64,000 bases of DNA, taken from positions 544,001 to 608,000 of the forward strand of contig CAVWFS010000019.1 in NCBI GenBank assembly GCA_963754315.1, written 5' to 3'. Position numbers and translations under genes: made by a program. Under the pieces are notes generated by a model. It saw only the letters and a program-made list of their open reading frames with translations. It searched no databases and had not been told where the DNA came from. The stretch comes from an uncultured Candidatus Rokubacteria bacterium (GTDB taxonomy: Bacteria > Methylomirabilota > Methylomirabilia > Rokubacteriales > CSP1-6). This document shows, one piece after another, positions 28,666 to 38,077 of the stretch. Within the stretch, counting starts at the first letter, position 1, and every line of letters begins with the position of its first letter.

Positions 28666-29307
28666 ATGCCCACGCGCGCCGCCGCCCCCACCGTCGTCCT
28701 CCTGGTACGCCACGCCCGGACGCCGACCACGGGTCAGGTTCTTCCCGGTCGTACCCCTGGCCTTCATCTCTCCGAAGACGGGCGCCGTGAGGCCGATCTC
28801 GTGGCGGCGAGGATCGGGGCTCTCAAGCGCGTGGCCGCCGTCTACGCCTCACCGCTGGAGCGAGCACGGGAGACGGCCATGCCGATCGTGCGCGCCTGCG
28901 ACCGCGCCCTCCGCATCGATCGAGGCTTGATAGAATGCGACTTCGGTGAGTGGACGGGGGCTAAGCTGAGCCGGCTTCAGCAACGGCCGGAGTGGCGGGT
29001 GGTGCAGCGCTACCCGAGCGGCTTTCGCTTCCCGGGTGGAGAGTCGTTCCCCGAAATGCAGACCCGGATTGTCTCGACCATTGCCCGGCTGATGCAGAGC
29101 CATCCCGGCCGTACTATCGTAGCCGTCTCGCACGCCGATCCGATCAAAGCGGCGGTGGCCCATGCACTGGGCACTCCCCTCGACCTGTTCCAGCGAATCG
29201 TCATCTCCACCGCCTCGGTGTCCGCCATCGCCTTCCGGCGAGAGGGACCAGTGGTCCTCACCGTGAACTCTCTGGCCGGCGACCTCGGTATGCTGGGAGC
29301 ATCGTGA
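28666..29307 (+). CDS. Histidine phosphatase, MSMEG_4193-like
   Basis: LVRHA, SPLERARETA, ECDFGEW, VSHADPIK. Confidence 0.85.
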   Translation: MPTRAAAPTVVLLVRHARTPTTGQVLPGRTPGLHLSEDGRREADLVAARIGALKRVAAVYASPLERARETAMPIVRACDRALRIDRGLIECDFGEWTGAKLSRLQQRPEWRVVQRYPSGFRFPGGESFPEMQTRIVSTIARLMQSHPGRTIVAVSHADPIKAAVAHALGTPLDLFQRIVISTASVSAIAFRREGPVVLTVNSLAGDLGMLGAS

Positions 29308-29855
29308 GCCAATCGTTCGACCTCCAGAGTCCGGATCACTTCACGGCGGGCGCCGTCGGCCCGTCCGGTCAGCGTGTCTTCTATCTGCAGGCCCGCGAGT
29401 CTGGATCGCTGCTGACGCTCAAGACCGAGAAGGAACACGTGCGGGGACTGGCCGAGTACCTGGAGGGTCTCCTGGCCAAGAACCCGGTGGCCGACGCGGA
29501 AGTCCCGCGCGATCTGGCTCTGCTGGATCCTATCGAGCCGGCCTGGAGCGTCGGGGCTATCGGCGTGGGCTACGATGAGGCCGAGGATCGCATCGTGGTG
29601 GTGGTCAACGAGCTCGTGGGCGAGGACGAGAGCGAGGAAGGAGCCACCGCCGAGGAAGGAGCCACCGCCGAGGAAGGAGCCACCGCCGAGGAAGGAGCCA
29701 CCGCCCGCATTCGCGTGACGCGCGCCCAGGCGGCTGGTTTCGTGGCGCGCGCGCGCGAGCTGATGAAGGCGAGTCGGCCTACCTGCCAGGTGTGCGGTGG
29801 GCCCATCGACCCCGGAGGTCATTTCTGTCCCCGAAGAAACGGTCACAAGGCCTGA
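29304..29855 (+). CDS. DUF3090 family protein
   Basis: FTAGAVGPSGQRVFYLQA; C-terminal RPTCQVCGGPIDPGGHFCPRRNGH. Confidence 0.85.
   Translation: MSQSFDLQSPDHFTAGAVGPSGQRVFYLQARESGSLLTLKTEKEHVRGLAEYLEGLLAKNPVADAEVPRDLALLDPIEPAWSVGAIGVGYDEAEDRIVVVVNELVGEDESEEGATAEEGATAEEGATAEEGATARIRVTRAQAAGFVARARELMKASRPTCQVCGGPIDPGGHFCPRRNGHKA
29634..29705 (+). repeat. 4 x 18-bp perfect tandem repeat (EEGATA)
   Basis: gaggaaggagccaccgcc x4, in frame. Confidence 0.95.
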
Positions 29856-30574
29856 CTCGCAGATCACCCTCTTCCGCCGCGCCGGAACCGGCCGCCGTGC
29901 TGGCGGCGGGGGAGGTGCGGGTCAAGGGCCGCATGCCGTGGGCTAGCAACGCGACGTTTCTGGTGGAGCTGGCCCTCGAGTCGGCGATGACTCTCGCCAT
30001 CTACAAGCCGGAACGGGGCGAGCGGCCGCTATGGGACTTTCCCCGCGGACTCTACAAGCGCGAGGTGGCCGCCTTTCTTCTCTCCGAGGCCCTCGGATGG
30101 GGCATCGTGCCCTTGACCGTGATTCGCGACGGCCCCTACGGGGAGGGGTCCTTTCAGCTCTTCGTGAATGCCGACTTCGAGCAGCACTTCTTCACCCTGG
30201 TGGAGGACACTGCCCATCACGATTGCCTCCGACGGATCTGTCTCTTCGATCTCCTCGCCAACAACGCCGACCGCAAGAGCGGCCACTGCCTGCTCGGGCC
30301 CGAGGGGGCCATCTACGCCATCGACAACGGTCTGACCTTCCACGTGGAGCCGAAGCTCAGAACGGTCATCTGGCAGTTCAGCGGCGAGCCGATTCCCGAC
30401 CCGTTGCTCCAGGACGTGCAACGCGTCCTGGAAGGAGGCCTGCCACCGGCGCTGGCGGAGCTGCTCGATGCGAACGAGCGCAAGGTGCTGACCGCCCGCG
30501 CCCGCGCCGTGCTGACGGCGGCGCGTTTCCCGGGCGATAGGGCAGGCTATCGGTACCCGTGGCCGCCCGTGTAG
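29852..30574 (+). CDS. SCO1664 family protein (PI3/PI4-kinase-like fold); start uncertain
   Basis: ASNATF, YKPERGERPLWDFP, NNADRKSGH, IDNGLTFH. Confidence 0.85.
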   Translation: MTRRSPSSAAPEPAAVLAAGEVRVKGRMPWASNATFLVELALESAMTLAIYKPERGERPLWDFPRGLYKREVAAFLLSEALGWGIVPLTVIRDGPYGEGSFQLFVNADFEQHFFTLVEDTAHHDCLRRICLFDLLANNADRKSGHCLLGPEGAIYAIDNGLTFHVEPKLRTVIWQFSGEPIPDPLLQDVQRVLEGGLPPALAELLDANERKVLTARARAVLTAARFPGDRAGYRYPWPPV

Positions 30575-30594
30575 GAGTCCGCCACGTTTCTTCG

Positions 30595-31626
30595 TCAGGC
30601 CCCGACGTCGGTTTTCTTGCCGGGACGACGCCGATGAAATAGTCCCAGCTGTGCCTCGTCGTGCACGAAGAGAAGGGCTCGCACGGTGATGGCGCCGAGC
30701 AGGAAAATGATGACGACCGAGAGGGCCAGATCGATGGCGGTGATGTAGTAGATGTTGGACGGCGTCAGGATCGCGCGGATCCCCCACACGCCGAGCACGA
30801 GGGCCCCGGAGTTCATGACGAGATCGTTCAGGGGGCGCAGGAAAACGGAGTAGGCCGCGGCCGACGCCACCAGCAGGACGAGCATGACGGCCAGGACCCG
30901 GAGGTAGCGCGGGCGCTCGAAGAGCACCTGGAACGCCTCCACATAGGCGAACGGGTCGTCCGCCGCCCGGACACTCTTCGGGTCGAGCATGGTGGGTCCC
31001 AGCATCATCTGGCGGGGCAGAAGCTCCTGGATCGTGAGAAAGAAGTGGCCGGTGGCCTGCTCCGGGGTGCGGGTCTCGACCGCGCCGTCCGGAAACACCC
31101 GCTGCAAGACGACGCCAATAACCATCCGATATTGATCGAACGGGTAGTGAATCGGATAGCCTCGCACCGGCAGCTGGAGCGTCGTAGAAACCTCGACGTC
31201 GTCCGGAGGGAGCGTGATGCTCTTCGACGGTGGAAGGCCAGCGGCCTCGTCGGAATCGGTGGCGATGGCGACGAACACCACCCGGTGACTCCAGGCGCAG
31301 TCCGGGCAATGGTGATGACCGGAAACGCGCAGGGTCGCCATGAGCTGCGTCTCGTCGATGGATACGAAGGCGAGATGAAGCTTGGCGTACGTCGAAGCCT
31401 CCGCGCCCGGTCGGGACTTCGTGATCTGAATGACGCGGCCCGTGGACGGTCCCAGGATATCGTCCACCACGCTCTTGACCGAGAAAGGCAGGGTCACCAC
31501 GAGGCAGAGCACCACCAGGGCGGTGACGAAGAACGCGATGCGGTATCTGAGCTGCCGTTTGCCGACCTGATCGTCCGTCACGCGGTCGGCGGTATCCAGG
31601 TCCAGCCGCTCTTGACTGTCCGCCAT
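30595..31626 (-). CDS. Membrane protein (DUF4436-like)
   Basis: N-terminal TM, YPFDQY motif, three C-terminal TMs. Confidence 0.6.
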   Translation of the reverse strand: MADSQERLDLDTADRVTDDQVGKRQLRYRIAFFVTALVVLCLVVTLPFSVKSVVDDILGPSTGRVIQITKSRPGAEASTYAKLHLAFVSIDETQLMATLRVSGHHHCPDCAWSHRVVFVAIATDSDEAAGLPPSKSITLPPDDVEVSTTLQLPVRGYPIHYPFDQYRMVIGVVLQRVFPDGAVETRTPEQATGHFFLTIQELLPRQMMLGPTMLDPKSVRAADDPFAYVEAFQVLFERPRYLRVLAVMLVLLVASAAAYSVFLRPLNDLVMNSGALVLGVWGIRAILTPSNIYYITAIDLALSVVIIFLLGAITVRALLFVHDEAQLGLFHRRRPGKKTDVGA

Positions 31627-31733
31627 GCGGTCTCCTGACCGCCGTTCATGCTATCAGCTTCGCAGGTCGCTCCGAGCAACCCGAGCGGGACCGTGGCTTG
31701 ACTGCGGACCCGCGCCGACGCGACACTCTGCGC

Positions 31734-32294
31734 GTGAGCTCAGCAGGCTATGAGCCCTTCCTTCCCGGAGCCGATCTTCCTCGCTTCATTCGCGAGCTGA
31801 CCGAGTTCGTCGATCTGAACGAAGCCGACCTGGCCATCATCCGCCGCACAGCGTCCGTCGTCCTCACGCAGGAGACGGCCTTCACGGCTGCCCTCTACGA
31901 GCACTTTCTGAAATTCCCCCTGGCCGCCCGCTTCTTTCTTGGTGAGGACGGAACTCCCGACGCGGCACGGCTGGAGCGCCGCCGGCACAGCCTCGGACGC
32001 TGGCTCCGGGAGACCGCCGAGGCCGCCCTGACGCACGACTTTGGCTACTATCTACTCAGCGTCGGTCTTGCCCACAGTCACCGGGCGCACGGGCCGGGCG
32101 GCATCGTGCCCGCGCACCTCATGGTGGGCGCCATGAGCCTCGCTCAGACGTCCTTGGCCCAGCTTTTCGCATCTGAGCTCGACGATGCGCACGAGGCGCT
32201 GGCGGCGAGCATCGCCTGGAACAAGCTGCTGCTGGTGCATCTCAACGTCCTGCTTCTGGGGTACCTCGGCTCGCGCGAGAAGCGGCCCGCTTGA
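31734..32294 (+). CDS. Protoglobin/globin-sensor domain protein
   Basis: LYEHFLKFP, YLLSVGLAHS, AWNKLL pattern. Confidence 0.75.
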   Translation: MSSAGYEPFLPGADLPRFIRELTEFVDLNEADLAIIRRTASVVLTQETAFTAALYEHFLKFPLAARFFLGEDGTPDAARLERRRHSLGRWLRETAEAALTHDFGYYLLSVGLAHSHRAHGPGGIVPAHLMVGAMSLAQTSLAQLFASELDDAHEALAASIAWNKLLLVHLNVLLLGYLGSREKRPA

Positions 32295-32362
32295 CGCGCT
32301 CGGCGCTTGCGTCTAGCTTCGGAGCCTGACGGGCAGGTCACCCGGCGAGAGAGGAGCCGCGC

Positions 32363-33265
32363 ATGGCGGACTGGACACCCCCCACCCAGGGGCGCGTCGA
32401 AGCCTACTTCAAGGAGCTGAACAACTGGGGCCGCTGGAGTGACGCCGACCAGCTTGGAACGGTCAACCTGATCACGCCGGCCAAGCGGGCGGCGGCCCGG
32501 GCTCTCGTGCGCACCGGCCGGACGGTCTCCCTCGCGCGCGACATCGGCCCCCAGCCGGCGCTGATGTATCACACCACCTTCCCCTCCAACCGCGAGCGCG
32601 CCGATGTGGTGCTGGACCGCTTCGACCTCGTGTACCACGGCTTTTCCATCACCCACATCGACGCCCTCTGCCACGTGGCCTGGGACGGCCAGCTCTATAA
32701 CGGCCGCCCTTTCATGCAGAGCCTGACCGCGGCCGGCGCCACCTGGTGCCCCATCGACCCGCTCTTCGACGGCATCACCACGCGCGGCGTTCTTCTCGAC
32801 GTCGCCGCCGCTCGGCCGGAGGGGCATGTCACGGTGGGGCATCCGGTGACACCCAAGGAACTGGACGCCGCTGCCGCCCGGGCAGGCGTGAAGGTGGAGC
32901 CGGGCGACGTGGTGGTCGTCCGCAGCGGCGATGCCGCCTTCCGTCAGGCCCATCCCGACTGGGTGCCGCGAGTCTCACCACATCCCGGCCTGCACCTGTC
33001 CTGTCTCGAGTGGTTTCGCGAGAAGGATATCGCCGCCATCTCGTGGGACATGATGGACGAGCGCCCCATCGGATACGCTGGCTTCGGCATGGGTGTGCAC
33101 CTGGCCATCCCCTTTCTCGGGCTTGCGCTTGTCGACAACACCAATCCGGACCGGTTGGCCCAGGCCTGCCAGGAAGAAGGGCGCTACGAGTTTCTCTTCA
33201 CGGCAACCCCGATCCGACTGGTGGGCAGCACGGGCGCGCCGGCGCATCCGCTGGCGATCTTCTAA
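32363..33265 (+). CDS. Cyclase family (kynurenine formamidase-like) protein
   Basis: NNWGRW..DQLGTVN, HGFSITHIDALCH, TRGVLLD. Confidence 0.88.
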   Translation: MADWTPPTQGRVEAYFKELNNWGRWSDADQLGTVNLITPAKRAAARALVRTGRTVSLARDIGPQPALMYHTTFPSNRERADVVLDRFDLVYHGFSITHIDALCHVAWDGQLYNGRPFMQSLTAAGATWCPIDPLFDGITTRGVLLDVAAARPEGHVTVGHPVTPKELDAAAARAGVKVEPGDVVVVRSGDAAFRQAHPDWVPRVSPHPGLHLSCLEWFREKDIAAISWDMMDERPIGYAGFGMGVHLAIPFLGLALVDNTNPDRLAQACQEEGRYEFLFTATPIRLVGSTGAPAHPLAIF

Positions 33266-33285
33266 CCCACTGGCCGTCGAGCTTG

Positions 33286-34338
33286 GTGAGTGGAGGCCTG
33301 ACCCCGCGCGAGCACGTTCCGCTTGCCCCTCGCTGCTCGATGGGCGTGGGTGGGCCGGCCCGCTATTTCGTCGAGGCTCACGACGAGGCCACGGTCCGGG
33401 AGGCGCTCGCATGGGCACGGGCGAGGGGGCAGGCGCTTCGCATTCTCGGAGGTGGTACCAATCTGCTCGTCACCGATGAAGGGGTGGACGGGCTCGTGCT
33501 GGCCGTCGACCTGCGAGGTATGAGTGTCCACACTACCGACGAGGCGGTCGAGCTGACGGCCGGAGCGGGCGAGCCCTGGGACGACCTCGTTCGCCTCACG
33601 GTGGAGCGAGGGTGGGCGGGCCTCGAATGTCTCAGTGGCATTCCGGGACTCGTCGGCGCTACCCCGATCCAGAACGTCGGCGCTTACGGTCAGGAGGTCA
33701 GCGAGACGGTGGTGAGCGTGCGAGCGCTCGACACCCACGACGGAGCGGTGCACGCCCTTTCACCCGCCGAGTGCGGCTTTGCATATCGCGATAGCGTCTT
33801 CAAGAGTGGCGCGCCCGGACGCTGGGTCGTTCTCGCGGTACGTTATCGGCTCCGCCCCGGGGGGGCACCGACTGTCCGGTATCCGGAAGTGGAGCAGCAC
33901 CTGGCAGCCCGAGGACTCGCGACGGCGTCGCTGGCCGATGTGCGGGCGAGCGTGCTCGCCATCCGGCGCGCAAAGTCGATGGTGCTCGATCCAGACGACG
34001 TCAACCGGCGAAGTTGCGGCTCGTTCTTCGTGAACCCCATCGTCTCCGCCGAGCACGCTGACCGGCTGACGGCGCTCGGGCTCGAGCCACCGATGCCGCG
34101 TTGGCCACAGGCCGACGGCCGCGTGAAACTCTCGGCCGCCTGGCTGATCGAGCGGGCGGGCTTTCCGCGCGGGTACCGGAAGGGGTCGACCGGGCTGTCC
34201 ACTCGCCATGCTCTCGCCATCGTGGCCCACGACGGCGCGCGAGCCCGCGATATCCGGGCTCTCGCCAGGCGCCTCCAGGAAGGCATACGGACCCGCTTCG
34301 GAGTCGCCCTCGTACCGGAGCCGGTCTTCTGGAGTTAG
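33286..34338 (+). CDS. murB: UDP-N-acetylmuramate dehydrogenase
   Basis: GGGTNLL, SGIPG..GATPIQNVGAYG, YRDSVFK, GSFFVNP, LVPEP. Confidence 0.93.
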   Translation: MSGGLTPREHVPLAPRCSMGVGGPARYFVEAHDEATVREALAWARARGQALRILGGGTNLLVTDEGVDGLVLAVDLRGMSVHTTDEAVELTAGAGEPWDDLVRLTVERGWAGLECLSGIPGLVGATPIQNVGAYGQEVSETVVSVRALDTHDGAVHALSPAECGFAYRDSVFKSGAPGRWVVLAVRYRLRPGGAPTVRYPEVEQHLAARGLATASLADVRASVLAIRRAKSMVLDPDDVNRRSCGSFFVNPIVSAEHADRLTALGLEPPMPRWPQADGRVKLSAAWLIERAGFPRGYRKGSTGLSTRHALAIVAHDGARARDIRALARRLQEGIRTRFGVALVPEPVFWS

Positions 34339-34395
34339 AGCCCAGAAGGTGCGAATCGGACCAGGCGCCCCGGGCGTCCGCGACAGGAGGCGGTC

Positions 34396-34917
34396 ATGCA
34401 GGAATCGACGCACGAGCAGGACGGCGAGGTCACCAGGTCTACCGCGGGCGACGTGACGGCGCGCGCCGTCACCATACGCCAGGGCGGTGCCAGATCGATC
34501 TCCGCCGAGCGAGTCGACATTCGACAAGGTGGAGCGGCCCGTCTGCAAGCTGGGCGCGTCAAGATCATTCAGGGCGGCATCGGGCTCGCGTCCGCCAAGC
34601 GCATTCACGTTACGGCGGGAAGCGTGGGCGCGGCCCTCGGTGACCGGACGATACTCGCCCAGACGGCAACGTCCATCGCGGCGGCGCGGAAGACGGCGAG
34701 CCTCGAGCAGTCAGCTGCCGGCGTAGTGGTGGGGCAATCCGTGAGCGTGCGCGACAGCGCCATAGGCCTCGTCGTCGCGAAGCACCTGGAGGGTAGCAAC
34801 GTGCGGGTCATGATGGACGTTCGGGGCGCGCTGGCCTTCGGCGCCAGCCTGGGCGCGGTACTCGCGCTGATGGGGCTGTGGGGCCGCCGCACCCGACGCG
34901 CAGGAGGCCGGATATGA
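34396..34917 (+). CDS. Hypothetical protein with 15-residue repeats and a C-terminal TM anchor
   Basis: AGGAGG RBS; repeats of type V.IRQGG; hydrophobic C-terminus. Confidence 0.7.
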   Translation: MQESTHEQDGEVTRSTAGDVTARAVTIRQGGARSISAERVDIRQGGAARLQAGRVKIIQGGIGLASAKRIHVTAGSVGAALGDRTILAQTATSIAAARKTASLEQSAAGVVVGQSVSVRDSAIGLVVAKHLEGSNVRVMMDVRGALAFGASLGAVLALMGLWGRRTRRAGGRI

Positions 34918-36033
34918 AGGTCCTCGACTTGACCCGTGCCCTCTTGCACTACAACACCATCAACCCCCCGGGGGAGGAGCAAGCCTGCGCCCGGCACGTG
35001 GGGCGAATCCTGGAGGATGCGGGGTTCACCGTCAAGGAATACGAGTTTGCCGAGCGCCGCACCAGCCTGGTGGCCAGGCTGGGGGGCACGGGAGACGCTC
35101 GGCCGCTGTGCTTCACCGGACATCTCGACGTGGTGCCGCTGGGCGCACGGACCTGGACACGCGATGCCTTCGCGGGTGAAATCGACGACGGCCGACTCTA
35201 CGGACGCGGCTCGAGCGACATGAAAAGCGGCGTGGCCGCCTTCGTCATCGCTCTCACGCAGCTCGCCCGCCATCTGCGCACCTCTCGAGGCGTGGTCCTG
35301 GTGCTCACCGCAGGCGAGGAGACCTTCTGCGACGGCGCGCGTCACCTGGCCCAGCTGGATGGGGCCCTCGGCCAGGTCGGCGCGCTGGTCGTGGCCGAGC
35401 CGACCTGCAACTATCCGTTCGTCGGTCACAAGGGCGCTCTCTGGCTACTTGGCCGGACCAGCGGTGTGACCGCGCACGGCTCGATGCCCGAGCGCGGCGT
35501 CAACGCCGTCTACAAGGCCGCCCGGGCGGTCCTGCAGCTGGAGCGCTTCGGCTTCGACGTCGCGCCGCACCCGGTCCTGGGCGCCCCGACCCTCAACGTG
35601 GGAACCCTGCAAGGCGGCCTCAACGTCAATTCCGTTCCCGACTCGGCCGAGATCGGTATCGACATCAGGACGATCCCCGGGCAGAGACACGGCGCCTTGC
35701 TGCAACGGCTGACGGAGTATCTCGGAGACGTGGCCACCCTGGAGAACGTGTCCGACGCCGAGGGTGTGTGGACAGATCCCGGCGATCCGTGGATCCAGTC
35801 CGTGTATGACATGGTGGCACCCGTCATCGGTGAACGCCCGGTCGCTCGCGCCGCGCCCTACTTCACCGACGCGGCGGCCCTCGTCCCCGCCTATGGCGGG
35901 ATCCCCGCGGTCATCCTTGGCCCGGGCGAGCTAGCGCTCGCCCATCAGACCGACGAGTACTGCGAGGTCGAACGCATGGCACAAGCCGTGGATCTCTTCA
36001 CCGAGATCACCCAGCCGCTGGTGCAAGTTGTAG
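34914..36033 (+). CDS. M20 family metallopeptidase (ArgE/DapE-like); probable frameshift near the 3' end
   Basis: GHLDVVP, GRGSSDMKSG, GEE, AHQTDE. Confidence 0.88.
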
Positions 36034-36041
36034 CCGCCCGC

Positions 36042-36337
36042 CCCGAGCGCCGGGGGGCCTGGGGGCCCTCTCGAGGCCCCGGCAGCTGGCGTGATCCCGA
36101 GGGGCGGCCCGGGTTCCCCGGGCTGTCCCGAGCGCGGGGGGCCAGGGGGGCCCTCTCGAGGCCCCGGCAGCTGGCGTGATCCCGAGGGGCGGCCCGGGTT
36201 CCCCGGGCTGTCCCGAGCGTCGGGGGGCTTGGGGGCCCTCTCGAGGCCCCAGCAGCTGGCGTGATCCCGAGGGGCGGCCCGGGTTCCCCGGGCTGTCCCG
36301 AGCGCGGGGGGCTTGGGGGGCCCTTTCGAGGCCCCCC
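36042..36337. repeat. About 3.5 copies of an 85-bp palindromic unit (REP/BIME-like) between convergent genes
   Basis: Units start at 36042, 36127, 36212, 36297; each contains ggggccctctcgaggcccc and cccgagggg...ccccggg hairpins. Confidence 0.9.
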
Positions 36338-36343
36338 ACATGG

Positions 36344-37147
36344 TCAATCCCCGAGGACGCGCCGGCGCAGGAGGCGAAGGTCGGTCGGTACCAGAATGGC
36401 CAGCATCGCGGCTGACAGTACCGCGAGGGCGCCGAGGTGGGCGGCCACGGGCCCGCCGATGAGAAGGCCGCGGGCGACCTGGGCAAGATGATAGAGCGGA
36501 TTGACGACGCTCAGCGCGACGAGCACCGGATGCTCGAGCGGGAAATACGTCGCCGACATGAAGCCCATGGGCAACACGAGGAGGAAGATGGGCAGGTTCA
36601 TGTGATCGATCGTGGGCAGCACGGCCGTGAAGCAAAGCCCGAGGGCTGCGAAGGCGCACCCCGCCACGAAGACGATGGGAAGCAAGGAGGGCAGCACCCA
36701 CACCTTCATGGCGATCAATCCCCCGGCACTGAAAAGGGCCAGCACCAGCCCGACCATGACGACGTACATGGTGGCCAGCAGCCCCGCCCACAGCACCTCG
36801 CCCCACACGACGTGGACCAGCTCGATCTGCGTGGTCAGCTGACCTTCCCATGTGCGCTGGTAGCGCATCCTGATGAAGGCGCCGAAGAGCGACTGGAAGA
36901 TCGCCGTCATGAATGTCGCGTAGGCGAGCAGTCCCGGCGCCACGTAGGTGAGGTAGCCGACTTCGCGCCCGTACCACGGAAGACTCGCCACGTAGCCCCC
37001 GAGGCCGACCCCGAACGCGATGAGCATGGTCACCGGCTCCAGGGCCGGCGGCAGAAAGGCGGTGTGCCAGTTCCGGAGATAGACGCGCAGGTGCCGAGTG
37101 ACGACGGCGCGGCTCTGCCACTCGAGAGCCGCCGTCAGCCAGCGCAT
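36344..37147 (-). CDS. ABC-2 type permease (NodJ-like)
   Basis: YLTYVAPGL, FMSATYFPL, NPLYH. Confidence 0.85.
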   Translation of the reverse strand: MRWLTAALEWQSRAVVTRHLRVYLRNWHTAFLPPALEPVTMLIAFGVGLGGYVASLPWYGREVGYLTYVAPGLLAYATFMTAIFQSLFGAFIRMRYQRTWEGQLTTQIELVHVVWGEVLWAGLLATMYVVMVGLVLALFSAGGLIAMKVWVLPSLLPIVFVAGCAFAALGLCFTAVLPTIDHMNLPIFLLVLPMGFMSATYFPLEHPVLVALSVVNPLYHLAQVARGLLIGGPVAAHLGALAVLSAAMLAILVPTDLRLLRRRVLGD

Positions 37148-38046
37148 GGGTCGAGGGCGAGCTTGAGAAACAGATCATCCAGGGTGGGCACACGCACCTC
37201 ATAGCGCAAGGCCGGAAAGGCGCGCGCGAAATCCGCCAGCTCGTCGGCGGAGAGGGGCACGTGCCAGGCGCCCAGTACGCTGGCCGGCTCCCCTCGACCA
37301 TGGCGGGCGAGCCACACGAGTACCTCGCGTCCGGCCGCCGCCTCCACCACCACGACGTGCTCGCCCACCAGATCCCCGAGCACCGCCTTCGCGGTGCCGA
37401 GCGCGACCACGCGCCCGCGGGCGAGCACGGTGAGGGAATCGCTCAGTCGCTCCGCCTCGTCCATGTAGTGCGTGGTGAGGATGATCCCGAGACCGTCCGT
37501 TCGCAGGCCATTGACGAGGTCCCACACGCCCATGCGGGCCTGCGGATCGAGGCCGGTGGTGGGCTCGTCCAGAAAGAGCAACCGGGGACGATGCACGATG
37601 GCGCGCGCGATCATGAGGCGGCGCCGGTAGCCACCCGAGAGGGTCTCCGGTTTCTGACGCGCATGCGGGCGGAGATCGAACCGATCGAGCAAGTCGGCCA
37701 CCCGCCGGCTCAGCTCGGGTGGGCGGGGCCGAAAGTAGCTCGCGGCGATCGTCAGGTTCTGCTCGACCGTGAAGTCACCGTCGAACGTGTCGTCCTGGGT
37801 ACAGACTCCGATCGAGCGCTTCGCGCGCGCCAGATCGCGCGAGAGCTCGACACCATCCACGTGGATCTGCCCGGCGTCGGGCCGGAGAAAGCCATAGAGC
37901 ATGCGGAGCGTGGTCGTCTTGCCAGCCCCGTTGGGGCCGAGCAGGCCGAGGATCTGCCCCGCCTGGCAGACGAGATCGACACCGTCGACCACGCGCCGTC
38001 CTCCGAGGTGTTTGACCAGCCCACGGGCCTCGAGCAGCACGGGCAT
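37135..38046 (-). CDS. ABC ATP-binding protein (NodI-like)
   Basis: GPNGAGKTT, LSGG, LDEPTTGLDPQAR. Confidence 0.9.
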   Translation of the reverse strand: MPVLLEARGLVKHLGGRRVVDGVDLVCQAGQILGLLGPNGAGKTTTLRMLYGFLRPDAGQIHVDGVELSRDLARAKRSIGVCTQDDTFDGDFTVEQNLTIAASYFRPRPPELSRRVADLLDRFDLRPHARQKPETLSGGYRRRLMIARAIVHRPRLLFLDEPTTGLDPQARMGVWDLVNGLRTDGLGIILTTHYMDEAERLSDSLTVLARGRVVALGTAKAVLGDLVGEHVVVVEAAAGREVLVWLARHGRGEPASVLGAWHVPLSADELADFARAFPALRYEVRVPTLDDLFLKLALDPCAG

Positions 38047-38077
38047 AGGTCTTCGATTGTACTGGGACGGTAGGGTC

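Noticed and set aside
36042..36337. Possible CRISPR array
   Set aside because: Whole 85-bp units are near-identical, with no unique spacers, and there are no cas genes in the window.
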